Assembly (NCBI GenBank): GCA_000092065.1 | Contig: CP000592.1 | DNA: 64,000 nucleotides | Source of the DNA: Ostreococcus lucimarinus | Lineage: Eukaryota | Strand: one strand, 5' to 3' | Shown here: positions 27,380-37,143 of the stretch, one piece after another | Layout of the letters: each line of letters opens with the position of its first letter | Numbering within the stretch: position 1 is the first letter of the stretch | Program-made: the position numbers and the translations under genes | The notes under the pieces: generated by a model | Databases searched by the model: none | Seen by the model: the letters and a program-made list of their open reading frames with translations, nothing else | What the model was told of the DNA's origin: nothing

Positions 27380-29890
27380 ATGACGGACGTGATCACCATG
27401 TCGTCTTCGTCAGACGATGATCGACCGCCGATCGCACGCGGTGGAGAGGCATCGTCTTCTTCATCGGATGGCGACGCTGGGTTCAATGGAGACGTGTTGG
27501 CGACTGAGTTGGCAAAGATGCCGCTCGCGCTTCGCGCGCAGCTCACCGCCGCGGCCAAGTCTTCGACGAGCACCAACCAGCGCACGCTCGTGAGCGAGTG
27601 GTCGGAGAAGACGAAACTGTCAGTTGATTTGGTAGAAAAAATCTTCGCTTCCTTTGCGAAATCGTCGCGTGCGTCAGCGGAGGCAGCGCGCGAAACCGTC
27701 GCGCGCCTCGCCGCCGCCGACGGAGTCGACTCCGCCGATGGAGACGAGTACTCGCCGGGTGCCGCCGAAGCGGCGACTGCGGATGACGACGCTATGGACG
27801 ACTCGCCGAAAATCCCAGCGTCTAAGCAGCCGGTGCTCGAGGAAGGTGTTCCGTTTCCTGGAATTACTCGAGACGTCTCCGTGGACGTCGCGTGCGGCGA
27901 TCTCAGAGGCGTTCTCGAGCTGAAGAAGGGATACAAGAAACTTCAGGAGCGCGTGCGATGCGAGGGCGAAATGATGACGCCAAGTAAGTTTGAGAGCGAG
28001 GGCGGGCGCGGGTCGGCGAAGAAGTGGAAGATTAGCTTACGCATCGTGCGTTCGGATGGAAAACTCGGGATGACTGTCGGAGACTGGATCGACAGGTACG
28101 GATACCATCCGTCGGGCTTAGTCATAGGTGGGGAGGTGGCCGACGCGCCGGCGCCGCCGAAGGTGAAAAAATCAGCGTTTGAGTCACAGCTAGAGACCTT
28201 ACTCGACTACGATGGGGACATTGCCTTGCGTAGCATCGCTAAATTTGTACGAATGATGCGAGAGACGACCAAGCCTAAGGAACGCGGACTTTTGCTCCAA
28301 GTCATTCGAGGCACGAAAAACAAAGAGTGTTTGCGCCAGTTCGGTCAGTCGGCGGAGATTAAAGGATTAGACACGCTGCAAGATTGGATGGACGACGCTA
28401 AAAGGAAGTTTCAATCCACTCTTTTAGTGAGCATTCTTAGAACATTGAAGATGATTCCAGTTACATTGGACGCGCTCACGCGTACTTCGATCGCCCCGAA
28501 TCTGGGCAAGTTGAAGTCGTACGTGGTGCCAGAGGGTGAAGAGGAGTTTGCCAACACCGAGATGAACACTAAAGTTGTCTTGTTATCCAAGTCGGTCAAG
28601 AACGCGTGGAAAGCGCAAATCACGGCGCCCCACACGGCGCCGGCGCCGGCGCCGAAACCGGCGCCCGTGGTCAACCCGGCGCCCGCGGCGGTGCCCGCGT
28701 CCAAGGCTGTCGAACTCGGTGACGATGACTTGTTCGGTGCGAAGTCGAAAATCTCACCAGCGCCTTCGAAAGCGCCGGTGGTGAAGACCACGGTGACGAA
28801 AATCACGATGGAAAAGAAGGTGGCTCCGCCGAGCGTGACGACGAAGAAACCGAGCGTGAGCGTGAACGATTTGCTCAAGACGAGTTCGCAATCGACGAAG
28901 ATCACCGCACCGCCGGTGAAGACGAAAGAGAAGGCAAAGGACGATGATAAAATCGACGAGAAGACTGGGAAGAAGCGCAAGCGGAAGACGGTGACTTGGG
29001 CGAAGGATGAAAATTTGGAGCAAGTCAGAATCTTTGAGAAGGACGCCAAGCAACCGAAGGAAACGGCTTTCCCAGATCCGACGAGAGACGGTGGGACCGA
29101 TGGCGCAAGCCGCAAGGCGCTCGAGAGGAGAGACAGGGAAGTGGAGGCGGAAAGAAAGGCGGCGGCAAAGCAGCACCAGCGTCGACTCGACGAGATGCGC
29201 GCCACGACAACCTGGCGCCCGCCTCGGCGCATCGAAATTCCTCGTTGGGAAGAGGAAGAGTCGGACAGAGTCCCCGGTGACGAGTCGGAAGAATCCCAGA
29301 GAATTCTTCGCATCGAAGCCGAGAAACCGAGCGTCAAGTACAGGAGTCTGAAAGACATTCCAGACTCTCCGGCGGAGGCGCCGAACGAGGACGCGCAACT
29401 CGACCTCGACAACACGCCAGCCTTCTACATGAAGTTTCAAGAAGAACCGCTGTCTCAAGACAGCGGCGAACCTTCACCCGCGATGCCCCAACAGCTCCAA
29501 ATGCCACAGGCTCCGGGATCGTTACTTCCTCCGAACATCGACTTTGCCGCGCTTCAACGCACGTTGCTCGCCGCCAACGCGCCGCATCAAAACGCCGGTT
29601 ACCAGTACCCCCCGCAGGCGCCTCTTCAACACGCCTTCCCACCACCACCCCCTCAAGCCGCGTACGCACCTCAGCCCCCTTACCAACCCGGCGCGCAACA
29701 GCCCGCGCAGCGACCGACGAAACAGGCGCTCGTCGGCGGCGCCCCCGTGCCCGCGCAGCAGGCGCTCAACCTCAACGGCAAGACGTACCGCGGCGTGTGC
29801 GCCTTCTTCAACACCCCTCGAGGATGCAGCTGGGGAGATAAGTGCGGCTACCTCCACCAAGTCGGCGTCAATCCTCCGTCGACGGGTTGA
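27380..29890 (+). CDS. SAND-domain protein with a PNUTS/PPP1R10-like architecture: TFIIS-N-like domain, TVTW PP1-docking motif and C-terminal CCCH zinc finger.
   Basis: SAND core: DVACGDLRGVLELKKGYKKLQERVRCEGEMMTPSKFESEGGRGSAKKWKISLRIV (a KDWK-type motif). TFIIS-N-like helical bundle: LLLQVIRGTKNKECLRQFGQSAEIKGLDTLQDWM. Docking motif: KKRKRKTVTWAKDE (RVxF-type). C-terminus: GKTYRGVCAFFNTPRGCSWGDKCGYLH (C-x8-C-x5-C-x3-H). Confidence 0.65.
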   Translation: MTDVITMSSSSDDDRPPIARGGEASSSSSDGDAGFNGDVLATELAKMPLALRAQLTAAAKSSTSTNQRTLVSEWSEKTKLSVDLVEKIFASFAKSSRASAEAARETVARLAAADGVDSADGDEYSPGAAEAATADDDAMDDSPKIPASKQPVLEEGVPFPGITRDVSVDVACGDLRGVLELKKGYKKLQERVRCEGEMMTPSKFESEGGRGSAKKWKISLRIVRSDGKLGMTVGDWIDRYGYHPSGLVIGGEVADAPAPPKVKKSAFESQLETLLDYDGDIALRSIAKFVRMMRETTKPKERGLLLQVIRGTKNKECLRQFGQSAEIKGLDTLQDWMDDAKRKFQSTLLVSILRTLKMIPVTLDALTRTSIAPNLGKLKSYVVPEGEEEFANTEMNTKVVLLSKSVKNAWKAQITAPHTAPAPAPKPAPVVNPAPAAVPASKAVELGDDDLFGAKSKISPAPSKAPVVKTTVTKITMEKKVAPPSVTTKKPSVSVNDLLKTSSQSTKITAPPVKTKEKAKDDDKIDEKTGKKRKRKTVTWAKDENLEQVRIFEKDAKQPKETAFPDPTRDGGTDGASRKALERRDREVEAERKAAAKQHQRRLDEMRATTTWRPPRRIEIPRWEEEESDRVPGDESEESQRILRIEAEKPSVKYRSLKDIPDSPAEAPNEDAQLDLDNTPAFYMKFQEEPLSQDSGEPSPAMPQQLQMPQAPGSLLPPNIDFAALQRTLLAANAPHQNAGYQYPPQAPLQHAFPPPPPQAAYAPQPPYQPGAQQPAQRPTKQALVGGAPVPAQQALNLNGKTYRGVCAFFNTPRGCSWGDKCGYLHQVGVNPPSTG

Positions 29891-30150
29891 TCCCGCGTCC
29901 GCGACTCGCCCCGCGCCCGCGCCCGCGCCTCCGTCGTCGCGTCCGTTGTCATCGAATCCATCCGAATGTCCGAACCGACGACGAAATTCAAACGCGCGCC
30001 CCGCGACGCCGCACATCGCGCCTCGACGACGCGCGCGCGTCGCGACGCGCGACGCCGGCGCGTCGGGTCGCGCAGCCGCGACATCGCGTCGACCGCGCGC
30101 GTCGCTCGTCGCTCGTCGCGTCGCGTCGTCGTCGCGTCGTCGTCGTCTCT

Positions 30151-30200
30151 CTGATTGATTTGATTTGATTTGATTTGATTTGAGTTGGATTTGAATCGAA
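30151..30200. repeat. (GATTT)n microsatellite.
   Basis: Direct reading: tgattgatttgatttgatttgatttgatttgagttggatttgaatcg, immediately upstream of the gene at 30185. Confidence 0.7.
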
Positions 30201-31990
30201 GCGAGGAAACGAAGGGCGACGACGACGACGACGGCATGTGGTGCTTCGACGTCGACGCGCGCGTCGAACGAGGCGGCGATGTCACGTCGCAGACGCTGAA
30301 ACACTGCGCGATGGAGCGGCCGCGAAAAGAGGAAGAGACGACGCGGGACGCGAAGACGGGACGGTTTGAATTCGGAAAGATGAGCGACGCGAACGACGCG
30401 GCGACGCCGGGAAGAGCGTTCGCGCTTCGGTTTGGAAGCGGGAAAACGACGCACGAGGCGAAGATAGGGGACGTGAAGGCGATATTTGGGAAGTTTGTGC
30501 GAGAGGGGAAGATGACGGTGGAGACGAAGGACGGGACGCGGGTGCTCGTCAGAGGGTCGCCGGGGGAGTGCGCGAGGTTGATGAAGACGCTGACGACGAT
30601 GAAATCGCAGCCGACGGAGGCGAGACAGGCGTATTTGAGGGGATTGCAACGATGTGCGACGTGCGCGGGGAAGTGCGAGGCGAATGAAAGGAAAATGGCG
30701 GAGCGTCAGGATAAGGCCGCGGCCGCGGCGGCGGCCGCGGCGGAGGCGAGCGCGGAGAAGAGGCGTCGACGAGAGACGGAGGAGGTTGAGCGACGCGCGG
30801 CGAAGGAATCCAAGTTGGAGGACCAGCTTCGCGCGCTGGAGGAGAAAAAGTTAAAGGTGGAATCCACGAAGGCGGAAATCGCGTCGCTGAAGATTGATAT
30901 CGAGGGTGAACGCGACGCGTTGCGACGAGAGAAGGAATCCATCGTTCAACGTCGGCGAGAGCTCGAAGACGAGCGTCGATTACTCGAGCGCCAATCGAGC
31001 GAAGCTGCGGAGGAGAGAGCGAAAATGGAGAGCCAACGTAAACTGGCTGAGATTGAAGGGCAACGGTTGGCGGAAGAGAAGGCTCGAAACGTCGACCGCG
31101 CGCGGGAACTCGCGGAGGAGAAGGAGCGCATCGCCAAGCTCGAGCGAGAGCTCGAGGAAGATCGCGAACGTCTGGCGTTCATGCAAAAGCATCAAAAGAA
31201 CGACGAGTTGCAAGCGCAACGCGTGCGCGAAGAGGCTTCTCGACGCGCGCAAGCTCGAGCGCAGGAAGCTCAAAAGCGCAAGGGAAAACCCGAGGCGATG
31301 TCCCCCGGGAGCTTCTACGGCAAAAAGAAGGCGAAGATAGTCATCGACGACGACGACGACTCTGACGATTCTAGCGCTGAGAAGGAAAATGAAAAGGCCA
31401 CGAACGAGGCTGAGGATGCGCGCCGAAAGGAACGCATCGCGAAACTTCGAAAGGCTGAACTCGAGAGGCAGCTCAAAGAAAAGCTTGCGAGGGAAGAGCT
31501 CGGTCGCAGACAAGCCGAGGCGCAGCAAAAGAAGGAGGCGGCGCGGCGAGCGCAGATGGATTCAAAACTTGAGCGCGAGCGAAAAGCGCGACAAGAAGAA
31601 GAGGCTCGTTCGCACCAAAAATGGAAGTCGCAACAAGCAGAGCAAATTCGCAAAAATTCTCGAGCCAACTCGGTGCCAACGGCGACGAAAGCGATGTGGG
31701 AATCACATCTGACATCGCTCGAAAATCTCAAGTCGCGCGCGGTGGGATCGCTGTGCGAAACCGACATTCCTTGGCCACCGGCGCACAACATCGCTTTCTT
31801 CGCCGGTGCTGATGGCTTGCATGAGAAGAAGAAAAAAGTGACCAAGGCGACGCTGTCGTGGCACCCCGATAAGTTTGAGCAAAAGTACGGCAAGTTACTG
31901 AAAGAAAGCGAAGCGCAAAAGATTAGAACGCGCGTCGCCGCACTGTCCTCCCAGTTCATCGAGCTGAGGCAAGCATTGAACGCGATGTAG
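30185..31990 (+). CDS. Coiled-coil protein with a C-terminal J-domain-like (HPD motif) region.
   Basis: A long charged E/R/K/A heptad-rich central region. The C-terminus LSWHPDKFEQKYGKLLKESEAQKIRTRVAALSSQFIELRQAL resembles the helix II/III region of DnaJ J domains (…WHPDK…). The start is uncertain: Met1 or Met 44. Confidence 0.5.
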   Translation: MDLNRSEETKGDDDDDGMWCFDVDARVERGGDVTSQTLKHCAMERPRKEEETTRDAKTGRFEFGKMSDANDAATPGRAFALRFGSGKTTHEAKIGDVKAIFGKFVREGKMTVETKDGTRVLVRGSPGECARLMKTLTTMKSQPTEARQAYLRGLQRCATCAGKCEANERKMAERQDKAAAAAAAAAEASAEKRRRRETEEVERRAAKESKLEDQLRALEEKKLKVESTKAEIASLKIDIEGERDALRREKESIVQRRRELEDERRLLERQSSEAAEERAKMESQRKLAEIEGQRLAEEKARNVDRARELAEEKERIAKLERELEEDRERLAFMQKHQKNDELQAQRVREEASRRAQARAQEAQKRKGKPEAMSPGSFYGKKKAKIVIDDDDDSDDSSAEKENEKATNEAEDARRKERIAKLRKAELERQLKEKLAREELGRRQAEAQQKKEAARRAQMDSKLERERKARQEEEARSHQKWKSQQAEQIRKNSRANSVPTATKAMWESHLTSLENLKSRAVGSLCETDIPWPPAHNIAFFAGADGLHEKKKKVTKATLSWHPDKFEQKYGKLLKESEAQKIRTRVAALSSQFIELRQALNAM

Positions 31991-32092
31991 CACCGACGCC
32001 ATTATTCCATAGAAGCACCGCTGTTAGCACAGCGATAATGTAGTACACAGGCACACGCAAGCCGTTATATGCATATATCGTATCGTACAAAT

Positions 32093-33787
32093 CTACCAGA
32101 AAGAAGTCTGCGCGTTTCGAGCGAGGTCTCGTTCGTATTCTTCGACGTGCGCAGGTATTTCGAGTTTCTCGTTGATCCCTTCCAGTCGGACGTAGTCGCG
32201 TAAATCGCACACTGTCTCGACGTACTCAACCTTGTTACACAACCTCGACTCGAGTTGAAGCATGTCCATCGTCCAGATTGCCGCCTTGAGTATCGCCGTC
32301 GCGTGCACGACAAACACCGTCTTCAGCGTGTCGCGATGCTGCGGCCCGAGCGCGACGTGCAGCTTGCGAATGAAGTCCAAGCTAGGCGGCGCGCCGTACA
32401 CACCTCCGGTGTGATGATACACAATGACGTATCCTCGCGGATTATCCGTCACCCCACGAAGTTCCTTCGCCACGTGCGCCAGGAGCCTTTGCTCTTCGCC
32501 CGACTTGATCAAGCGCTCGAGAAACGCGGCGATGACGACGACGACTCGTCGACCGATGTAATCGCGAGACTTTTCTAGATAGATCGCCTTGGCGTCGCTC
32601 ACATCGCTCACATCCATAGATTCCGCGCGCCGTAGCAAATTCGCTCGGCGGGTTTGTTCATCCTCCACGTCTCGCGTGTCTCGCGACACCGTGAGCCCGG
32701 TTTCCTCGTTCGCGCCCACGGCGAGACGATCCAACGCCCCGGCCCAATTCGCGTCTACATCACCGTCATTCTCTTCAACGCGCTGGCGTCTGGATTCGGG
32801 ATCTATGCTCATCGACATGAAAACGCTGCTCACCGCGGGCACGACGGTGGCGTCGGAATCATCCAGGCTGACCCCCATCGTCTTGTTCATCCCGCCCGTG
32901 AAATCGCTCGCCGACGACAACCGCCCCGCGATGCGCAGACGTCTTTCGTCCAAAATCATCTCTCCGTACTCGTTGTACCCGGGCTTATCCTTCAGCGCCT
33001 CCTCCGATAGCTTTCTTTCCTCGTCGTTTCTCGGGAAAAACACCGAAAGCGCCGCTCGATAATCATCCATCTCCGCCGCGTTGGCGCACACGACGACGCA
33101 GTCCAACTTACCGCTCCACTTCTCCAGAAACCTACGAATCGTCCGCACCATCACCATCGCCGCCGAATCGCTCGGATACCCCTTCTTCTCATCGCACGCC
33201 GGCGTGCACGCCACCGTCCTCGCCTTGCACTCGTCCACCGCTTTCGTCAGCGCGCTCACGTAACAGTGCACGAGCGCGTGCTCCGCCGCCGTCGCGTACT
33301 TCTCCGCGTACCTCGGCCCGACGCAGTGCGCGATCCTCCGCGCCGGCAACCGTCCTCCCGACGTCATCGCGCACTCCCCAGTCCTCGCCCGCTCGCCGTT
33401 CGTCCCGAGTTCGCGCCACACGTCGCTCCCCGCGAGCGCCGTCAGCGTCGCGCCCGGCGCGTCGCCGCTCGCCTCGCGCGCCCTCGCCCCCTCCCGTCCC
33501 GCGCACGTCACCACCTCGCAGTCCAGCAGCCACGGCGACGTCGCGTCGCGTCCATCGAACGCGCACACGCGCACGAGGGCGTTCAGATCGCGTCGCACCG
33601 CGAACGCGCGCGTCGCATCCGTCGTCGTCGCCGCAACACCATCGCCGTCGCTCGCGTCGCCGCGCGCGCCCTCGCGCGCGCGCTCGAGCGACGCCCACGT
33701 CGCGAGCTCGCGCCAGCGCGTCGTCGGCGCGCGCTTCGGCGGCGCCGCGCCGACGTCGTAGCCCGGCGCGTCGTACGCGCGCGCCAT
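32093..33787 (-). CDS. GDAP2: GDAP2-like protein: macro (ADP-ribose-binding) domain plus a C-terminal CRAL-TRIO/Sec14-like domain.
   Basis: Macro motifs: AMTSGGRLPARRIAHCVGPRY...VHCYVSALTKAVDECKARTVACTPACDEKKGYPSDSAAMVMVRTIRRFLE. Sec14-like region: YIGRRVVVVIAAFLE...RGYVIVYHHTGG...TVFVVHATAILKAAIWTMD. The start is at Met 89 of ORF 32093..34051. Confidence 0.7.
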   Translation of the reverse strand: MARAYDAPGYDVGAAPPKRAPTTRWRELATWASLERAREGARGDASDGDGVAATTTDATRAFAVRRDLNALVRVCAFDGRDATSPWLLDCEVVTCAGREGARAREASGDAPGATLTALAGSDVWRELGTNGERARTGECAMTSGGRLPARRIAHCVGPRYAEKYATAAEHALVHCYVSALTKAVDECKARTVACTPACDEKKGYPSDSAAMVMVRTIRRFLEKWSGKLDCVVVCANAAEMDDYRAALSVFFPRNDEERKLSEEALKDKPGYNEYGEMILDERRLRIAGRLSSASDFTGGMNKTMGVSLDDSDATVVPAVSSVFMSMSIDPESRRQRVEENDGDVDANWAGALDRLAVGANEETGLTVSRDTRDVEDEQTRRANLLRRAESMDVSDVSDAKAIYLEKSRDYIGRRVVVVIAAFLERLIKSGEEQRLLAHVAKELRGVTDNPRGYVIVYHHTGGVYGAPPSLDFIRKLHVALGPQHRDTLKTVFVVHATAILKAAIWTMDMLQLESRLCNKVEYVETVCDLRDYVRLEGINEKLEIPAHVEEYERDLARNAQTSFW

Positions 33788-33896
33788 TCGCGCGCGCCGC
33801 GCTCTGCGACGAATCCGCGCCGACGCCGCGCCGCGCCGCCGGACGCCGCGCCGCGCCGACGCGACGCGCGGTCGGGCGCGCGCCGAACGGCGCGCG
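33788..33896. promoter_or_regulatory. Very short shared 5' region between the GDAP2-like gene (-) and the BMT5-like gene (+).
   Basis: 109 bp between divergent start codons. Confidence 0.3.
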
Positions 33897-34736
33897 ATGG
33901 CGAAGAAGGGGCGCGAGGCGCGCATCACGCGCGCGATCGCGAAGATTCGCGGCGAGCCGCTGTCGCTCGCGCTGCGAAAGCGCGCGGCGACGCGACCGAG
34001 CGCGAGCGACGGCGCGAGCGCGTCGAAGCGATCGGCGTGGAGAAAGCGCAAGGATAAGGCGAAGACGCGGGCGGAGGCGCGAGGGACGGCGACGGCGCCG
34101 CAGGGGTATCACGGAGGGATGAAGATTTTGTGCGTGGGCGACGGGAACATGAGCTTCGCGCTGGCGCTGGCGACGCTGTTCGGAAACGACGCGCCGGGGC
34201 TGGTGGTGACGACGGACGCGAGCGAAAGAGGGGCGAAAAAAATGTATGGAACGATGGAGGACACGGTGGAGGCGCTGGAGGCGAGCGGGGCGTCGGTGGT
34301 GTACGGGATGGAGTGCGAGACGCTGGGGACGAAGAGCGGGAGCGCGACGCTGCGAGGACGCGCGGGAGGGTCGAATTTCGATCGCGTGGTGTTTAATTTT
34401 CCCGACGCGGGGGTGGGGAAGGTTGGGATGCTGAGCGTTAGGGCGCAGCGGGAGCTGATCGCGAGTTTCTTTGAGAACGCGCCAAAGTTGTTGAAGTCGA
34501 ACGGGGAACTGCGATTGACGATGCAAACGGGGGCGCCGTACGATAAGTGGAACGTCGAGGGTCTGGCGCTCAAGGCGCGTTTAGTGTTTAAAACGAGCGT
34601 GGAATTTCTTGCGAGCGAGTTTCCCGGGTACGAATACTGCGACACCCCCGCCGAGGACGCCGAGGACGTCGAGCCGAGCGCCGACGACTTGGGCCGGTGC
34701 GTGACGTACGTCTTCGCGGCCAACGTCGAGCAGTAG
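33897..34736 (+). CDS. BMT5: 25S rRNA (uridine-N3)-methyltransferase BMT5-like (DUF2431 Rossmann-fold).
   Basis: KILCVGDGNMSFALALA...VVFNFPDAG are hallmark motifs of the Bmt5/DUF2431 family. It has a basic N-terminal extension. Confidence 0.65.
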   Translation: MAKKGREARITRAIAKIRGEPLSLALRKRAATRPSASDGASASKRSAWRKRKDKAKTRAEARGTATAPQGYHGGMKILCVGDGNMSFALALATLFGNDAPGLVVTTDASERGAKKMYGTMEDTVEALEASGASVVYGMECETLGTKSGSATLRGRAGGSNFDRVVFNFPDAGVGKVGMLSVRAQRELIASFFENAPKLLKSNGELRLTMQTGAPYDKWNVEGLALKARLVFKTSVEFLASEFPGYEYCDTPAEDAEDVEPSADDLGRCVTYVFAANVEQ

Positions 34737-34916
34737 TTTTGGAAAGGCCGCCCGCGCGCGCGCGGCGAGCGGACGCGTGGCGATGTTCGAGATAGAATTG
34801 TGCAATAGGAGAAGCTAGACAGTTTTGGAGATTTGTTGTGGTAAAATGGTTATAAAACTGTCGCGCGGCGCGAGTCGATCCGATATTTTGTACAGCCGAA
34901 GCTCTCGTCGAGACGA

Positions 34917-35792
34917 TTATTCGTCAAAGTCCGGGTCACCGACGACGTAACCGGCGTATTGCAACATCGGCACGACGAAAGAGATGACGAGCAAGCCGAT
35001 GACGACGTTCGCGAACACGTCACGCTTCTCGCTCGTCTCGCTCTTCGTCTTGAAGTTGCTTCCCTTTTGCGCCTCAAACTTTGCCGGAGGGCCGGGATCG
35101 TCCTTGCCCTCGAGCACCGCCGCGATGCGCTTCACCGACGACGTCAACGCTTCGTTATACTTTTCTTGCTCGAGATTAATACCGTAGTTGCTCGTCAAAA
35201 CGCTGTCAATCAAAGGATCGCCAACCTGTTTCAAAAATTTTGGCCCCCCCACCAACGCGCCGTCCTTCGTCGACTTCACCAGCAACAAGTTACCCTTATC
35301 GTTCCCCTCCTCCACCGTCGGGTACCACGTCTCCAAAACCTTATCCCCAAACGCGAACGGATCGGTCTCAAACACCAATTTTCTCACCGTGATCACGTTC
35401 ACGTGAAATCCCGTCGCGTCCTCCAGCTCCTTCAGCGTCTTGTTCACCGCCGTCGCCGTCGACCTCGACATCAATCCCGCGTCGTCCACGATGTACCCCG
35501 CCGTCGGCGCCGGCGTCGCGAGAATTTCAATCTCCCCCGCCTTCGCGTCGCTCGTCACCGCGCCGAGGCTCAGCGTCGTCGCGAGCGTCGTCGCGATCGC
35601 GAAATTTTTAACCTTCGCCGCGATCGTTTCGTCGTCCCCTCGCGTCGCGCGCGCCGCCGCCGCGCTTCGGCGCGTCGTCGTCGTCTTCCGCGTCACCGTC
35701 GCCGTCGCCGTCGTCGTCGTCGTCGCGCGCGCGCCCATCATCGTTCGCCGCGCGTCGTCGTCTGCCGACGCGCGGCGCCTTATCGGCCTCAT
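34917..35792 (-). CDS. TLP18.3: TPM-domain thylakoid lumen protein TLP18.3 / Psb32-like, with transit peptide and C-terminal TM anchor.
   Basis: TPM/UPF0603 core: ILATPAPTAGYIVDDAGLMSRSTATAVNKTLKELEDATGFHVNVITVRKL...GNLLLVKSTKDGALVGG. C-terminal hydrophobic segment: VVIGLLVISFVVPMLQYAGYVV. The N-terminus is Thr/Ala-rich. Confidence 0.7.
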   Translation of the reverse strand: MRPIRRRASADDDARRTMMGARATTTTTATATVTRKTTTTRRSAAAARATRGDDETIAAKVKNFAIATTLATTLSLGAVTSDAKAGEIEILATPAPTAGYIVDDAGLMSRSTATAVNKTLKELEDATGFHVNVITVRKLVFETDPFAFGDKVLETWYPTVEEGNDKGNLLLVKSTKDGALVGGPKFLKQVGDPLIDSVLTSNYGINLEQEKYNEALTSSVKRIAAVLEGKDDPGPPAKFEAQKGSNFKTKSETSEKRDVFANVVIGLLVISFVVPMLQYAGYVVGDPDFDE

Positions 35793-35930
35793 CGTCGAAG
35801 ATACGCCCTTCGACGCGTTCGCACATCGCGTTCGCGATGTCTACAAAGCGACGCGCATCGCGTTCGAACGCGATTCGACGCAGATAAATGCGCGTCGTTA
35901 GGGTTCGGCGTCCACACACTGCGACGCGCG

Positions 35931-36986
35931 ATGCGCGCGCGCGCGCGCGCGTCGCCGCGATCGCTCGCGCTGCGACGCGTCGACGCGACGCGGACGCGCG
36001 CGTGGACGCGATGCGCGCGCGAGCAGACGCGACGGGCGCGGCGGGGGACGACGACGGCGATGACGACGGATGCGTCGAAACTCGAGCGCGCGCGCTCGGA
36101 CGGCGCGAGGCGAGGCGCGGCGACGCGGGCGGCGGCGCCGAGGCGCGCGGACGTCGCGGGGACGGCGGACTCGGCGGTGGCGCGGTTGGAGGGCGCGGCG
36201 CGGGCGTGGGCGACGCGGACGCTCGGCGCGTGGACGCCGCCGAAATTTTTATGGCGGAGCGCGGCGACGGGACTGTTGTTCGGAAGCGTGCTGTATCGGT
36301 GCGCGCGACAGCCGCGACGGGTGAATTGGGAGCAGACGTTGCAGCAGATCGCGCGCGTGGGGCCGCAAACGCTCGGGGTGTCGCTGTTGACGAGCTCGTT
36401 CGTGGGGATGGTGTTTACGATTCAGTTTTGTAAGGAGTTCGCGAAGGTTGGGCTGAAGAACGCGATCGGGGGGTTGCTGGGCCTGGCGTTCGCGCGGGAG
36501 TTGACGCCGGTGATCTGCGCGATCGTGCTCACGGGAAGAATCGGGAGCTCGATCGCGGCGGAGTTGGGGACGATGCAGGTGACGGAGCAAGTGGACCAGC
36601 TCACGGTGCTCGGGACGGATCCCGTGGATTATCTCGTCATCCCGCGCGTCATCGCGTGCGCGGTGTCGCTGCCGATATTGAGCATAATATCTTTCGCGCA
36701 GGCGCTCGGAGCGAGCATTTTACTCGCGGATTTGCGTTACGGAGTGTCGCCGAACGTCATCATCGACAGCGCGGCCAAGTATTTGGAACCGAGCGACATC
36801 GGCATCATGACCGCGAAATCCATCGCCTTCGGCGCCGTCATCGCGGTGATTTCCTGCGGCTGGGGTACCACCACCACGGGCGGCGCCAAGGGCGTGGGCG
36901 AGAGCACCACCGCGAGCGTCGTCATCAGTCTCACCGCCATCTTCGTCGTCGACTTCGTCCTCTCCCTCGTCTTCTTTCAAAAATAG
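35931..36986 (+). CDS. TGD1: TGD1-type MlaE-family ABC lipid-transporter permease of the chloroplast inner envelope.
   Basis: The MlaE/TGD1 permease block GPQTLGVSLLTSSFVGMVFTIQF..ELTPVICAIVLTGRIGSSIAAELGTMQVTEQVDQL..DPVDYLVIPRVIA... is strongly conserved. The start at ATG 35931 is the first Met after the divergent TLP18.3 gene. The listed long ORF 34959..36986 is a chimeric frame. Confidence 0.8.
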   Translation: MRARARASPRSLALRRVDATRTRAWTRCAREQTRRARRGTTTAMTTDASKLERARSDGARRGAATRAAAPRRADVAGTADSAVARLEGAARAWATRTLGAWTPPKFLWRSAATGLLFGSVLYRCARQPRRVNWEQTLQQIARVGPQTLGVSLLTSSFVGMVFTIQFCKEFAKVGLKNAIGGLLGLAFARELTPVICAIVLTGRIGSSIAAELGTMQVTEQVDQLTVLGTDPVDYLVIPRVIACAVSLPILSIISFAQALGASILLADLRYGVSPNVIIDSAAKYLEPSDIGIMTAKSIAFGAVIAVISCGWGTTTTGGAKGVGESTTASVVISLTAIFVVDFVLSLVFFQK

Positions 36987-37143
36987 TCCGGCGTCTCGGC
37001 GTCATCGATCGAGCCAGTCACCGCCGCGCGCCCGGCATCGCTTGTATTTCATTTAATTTTTCATCGCCGTCTCGCCGTCGCGAACCGCGCGTCGCCGTCG
37101 TCTCGCCGTCTCGCCGTCTCGTCCCGCACACGCCGCCGCGACG

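Noticed and set aside
34959-36986. A 675-aa ORF spanning 34959..36986 on the plus strand.
   Set aside because: The frame is chimeric. Its first half is antisense to the TLP18.3 gene. Only the part from ATG 35931 (TGD1) is homologous to known proteins.
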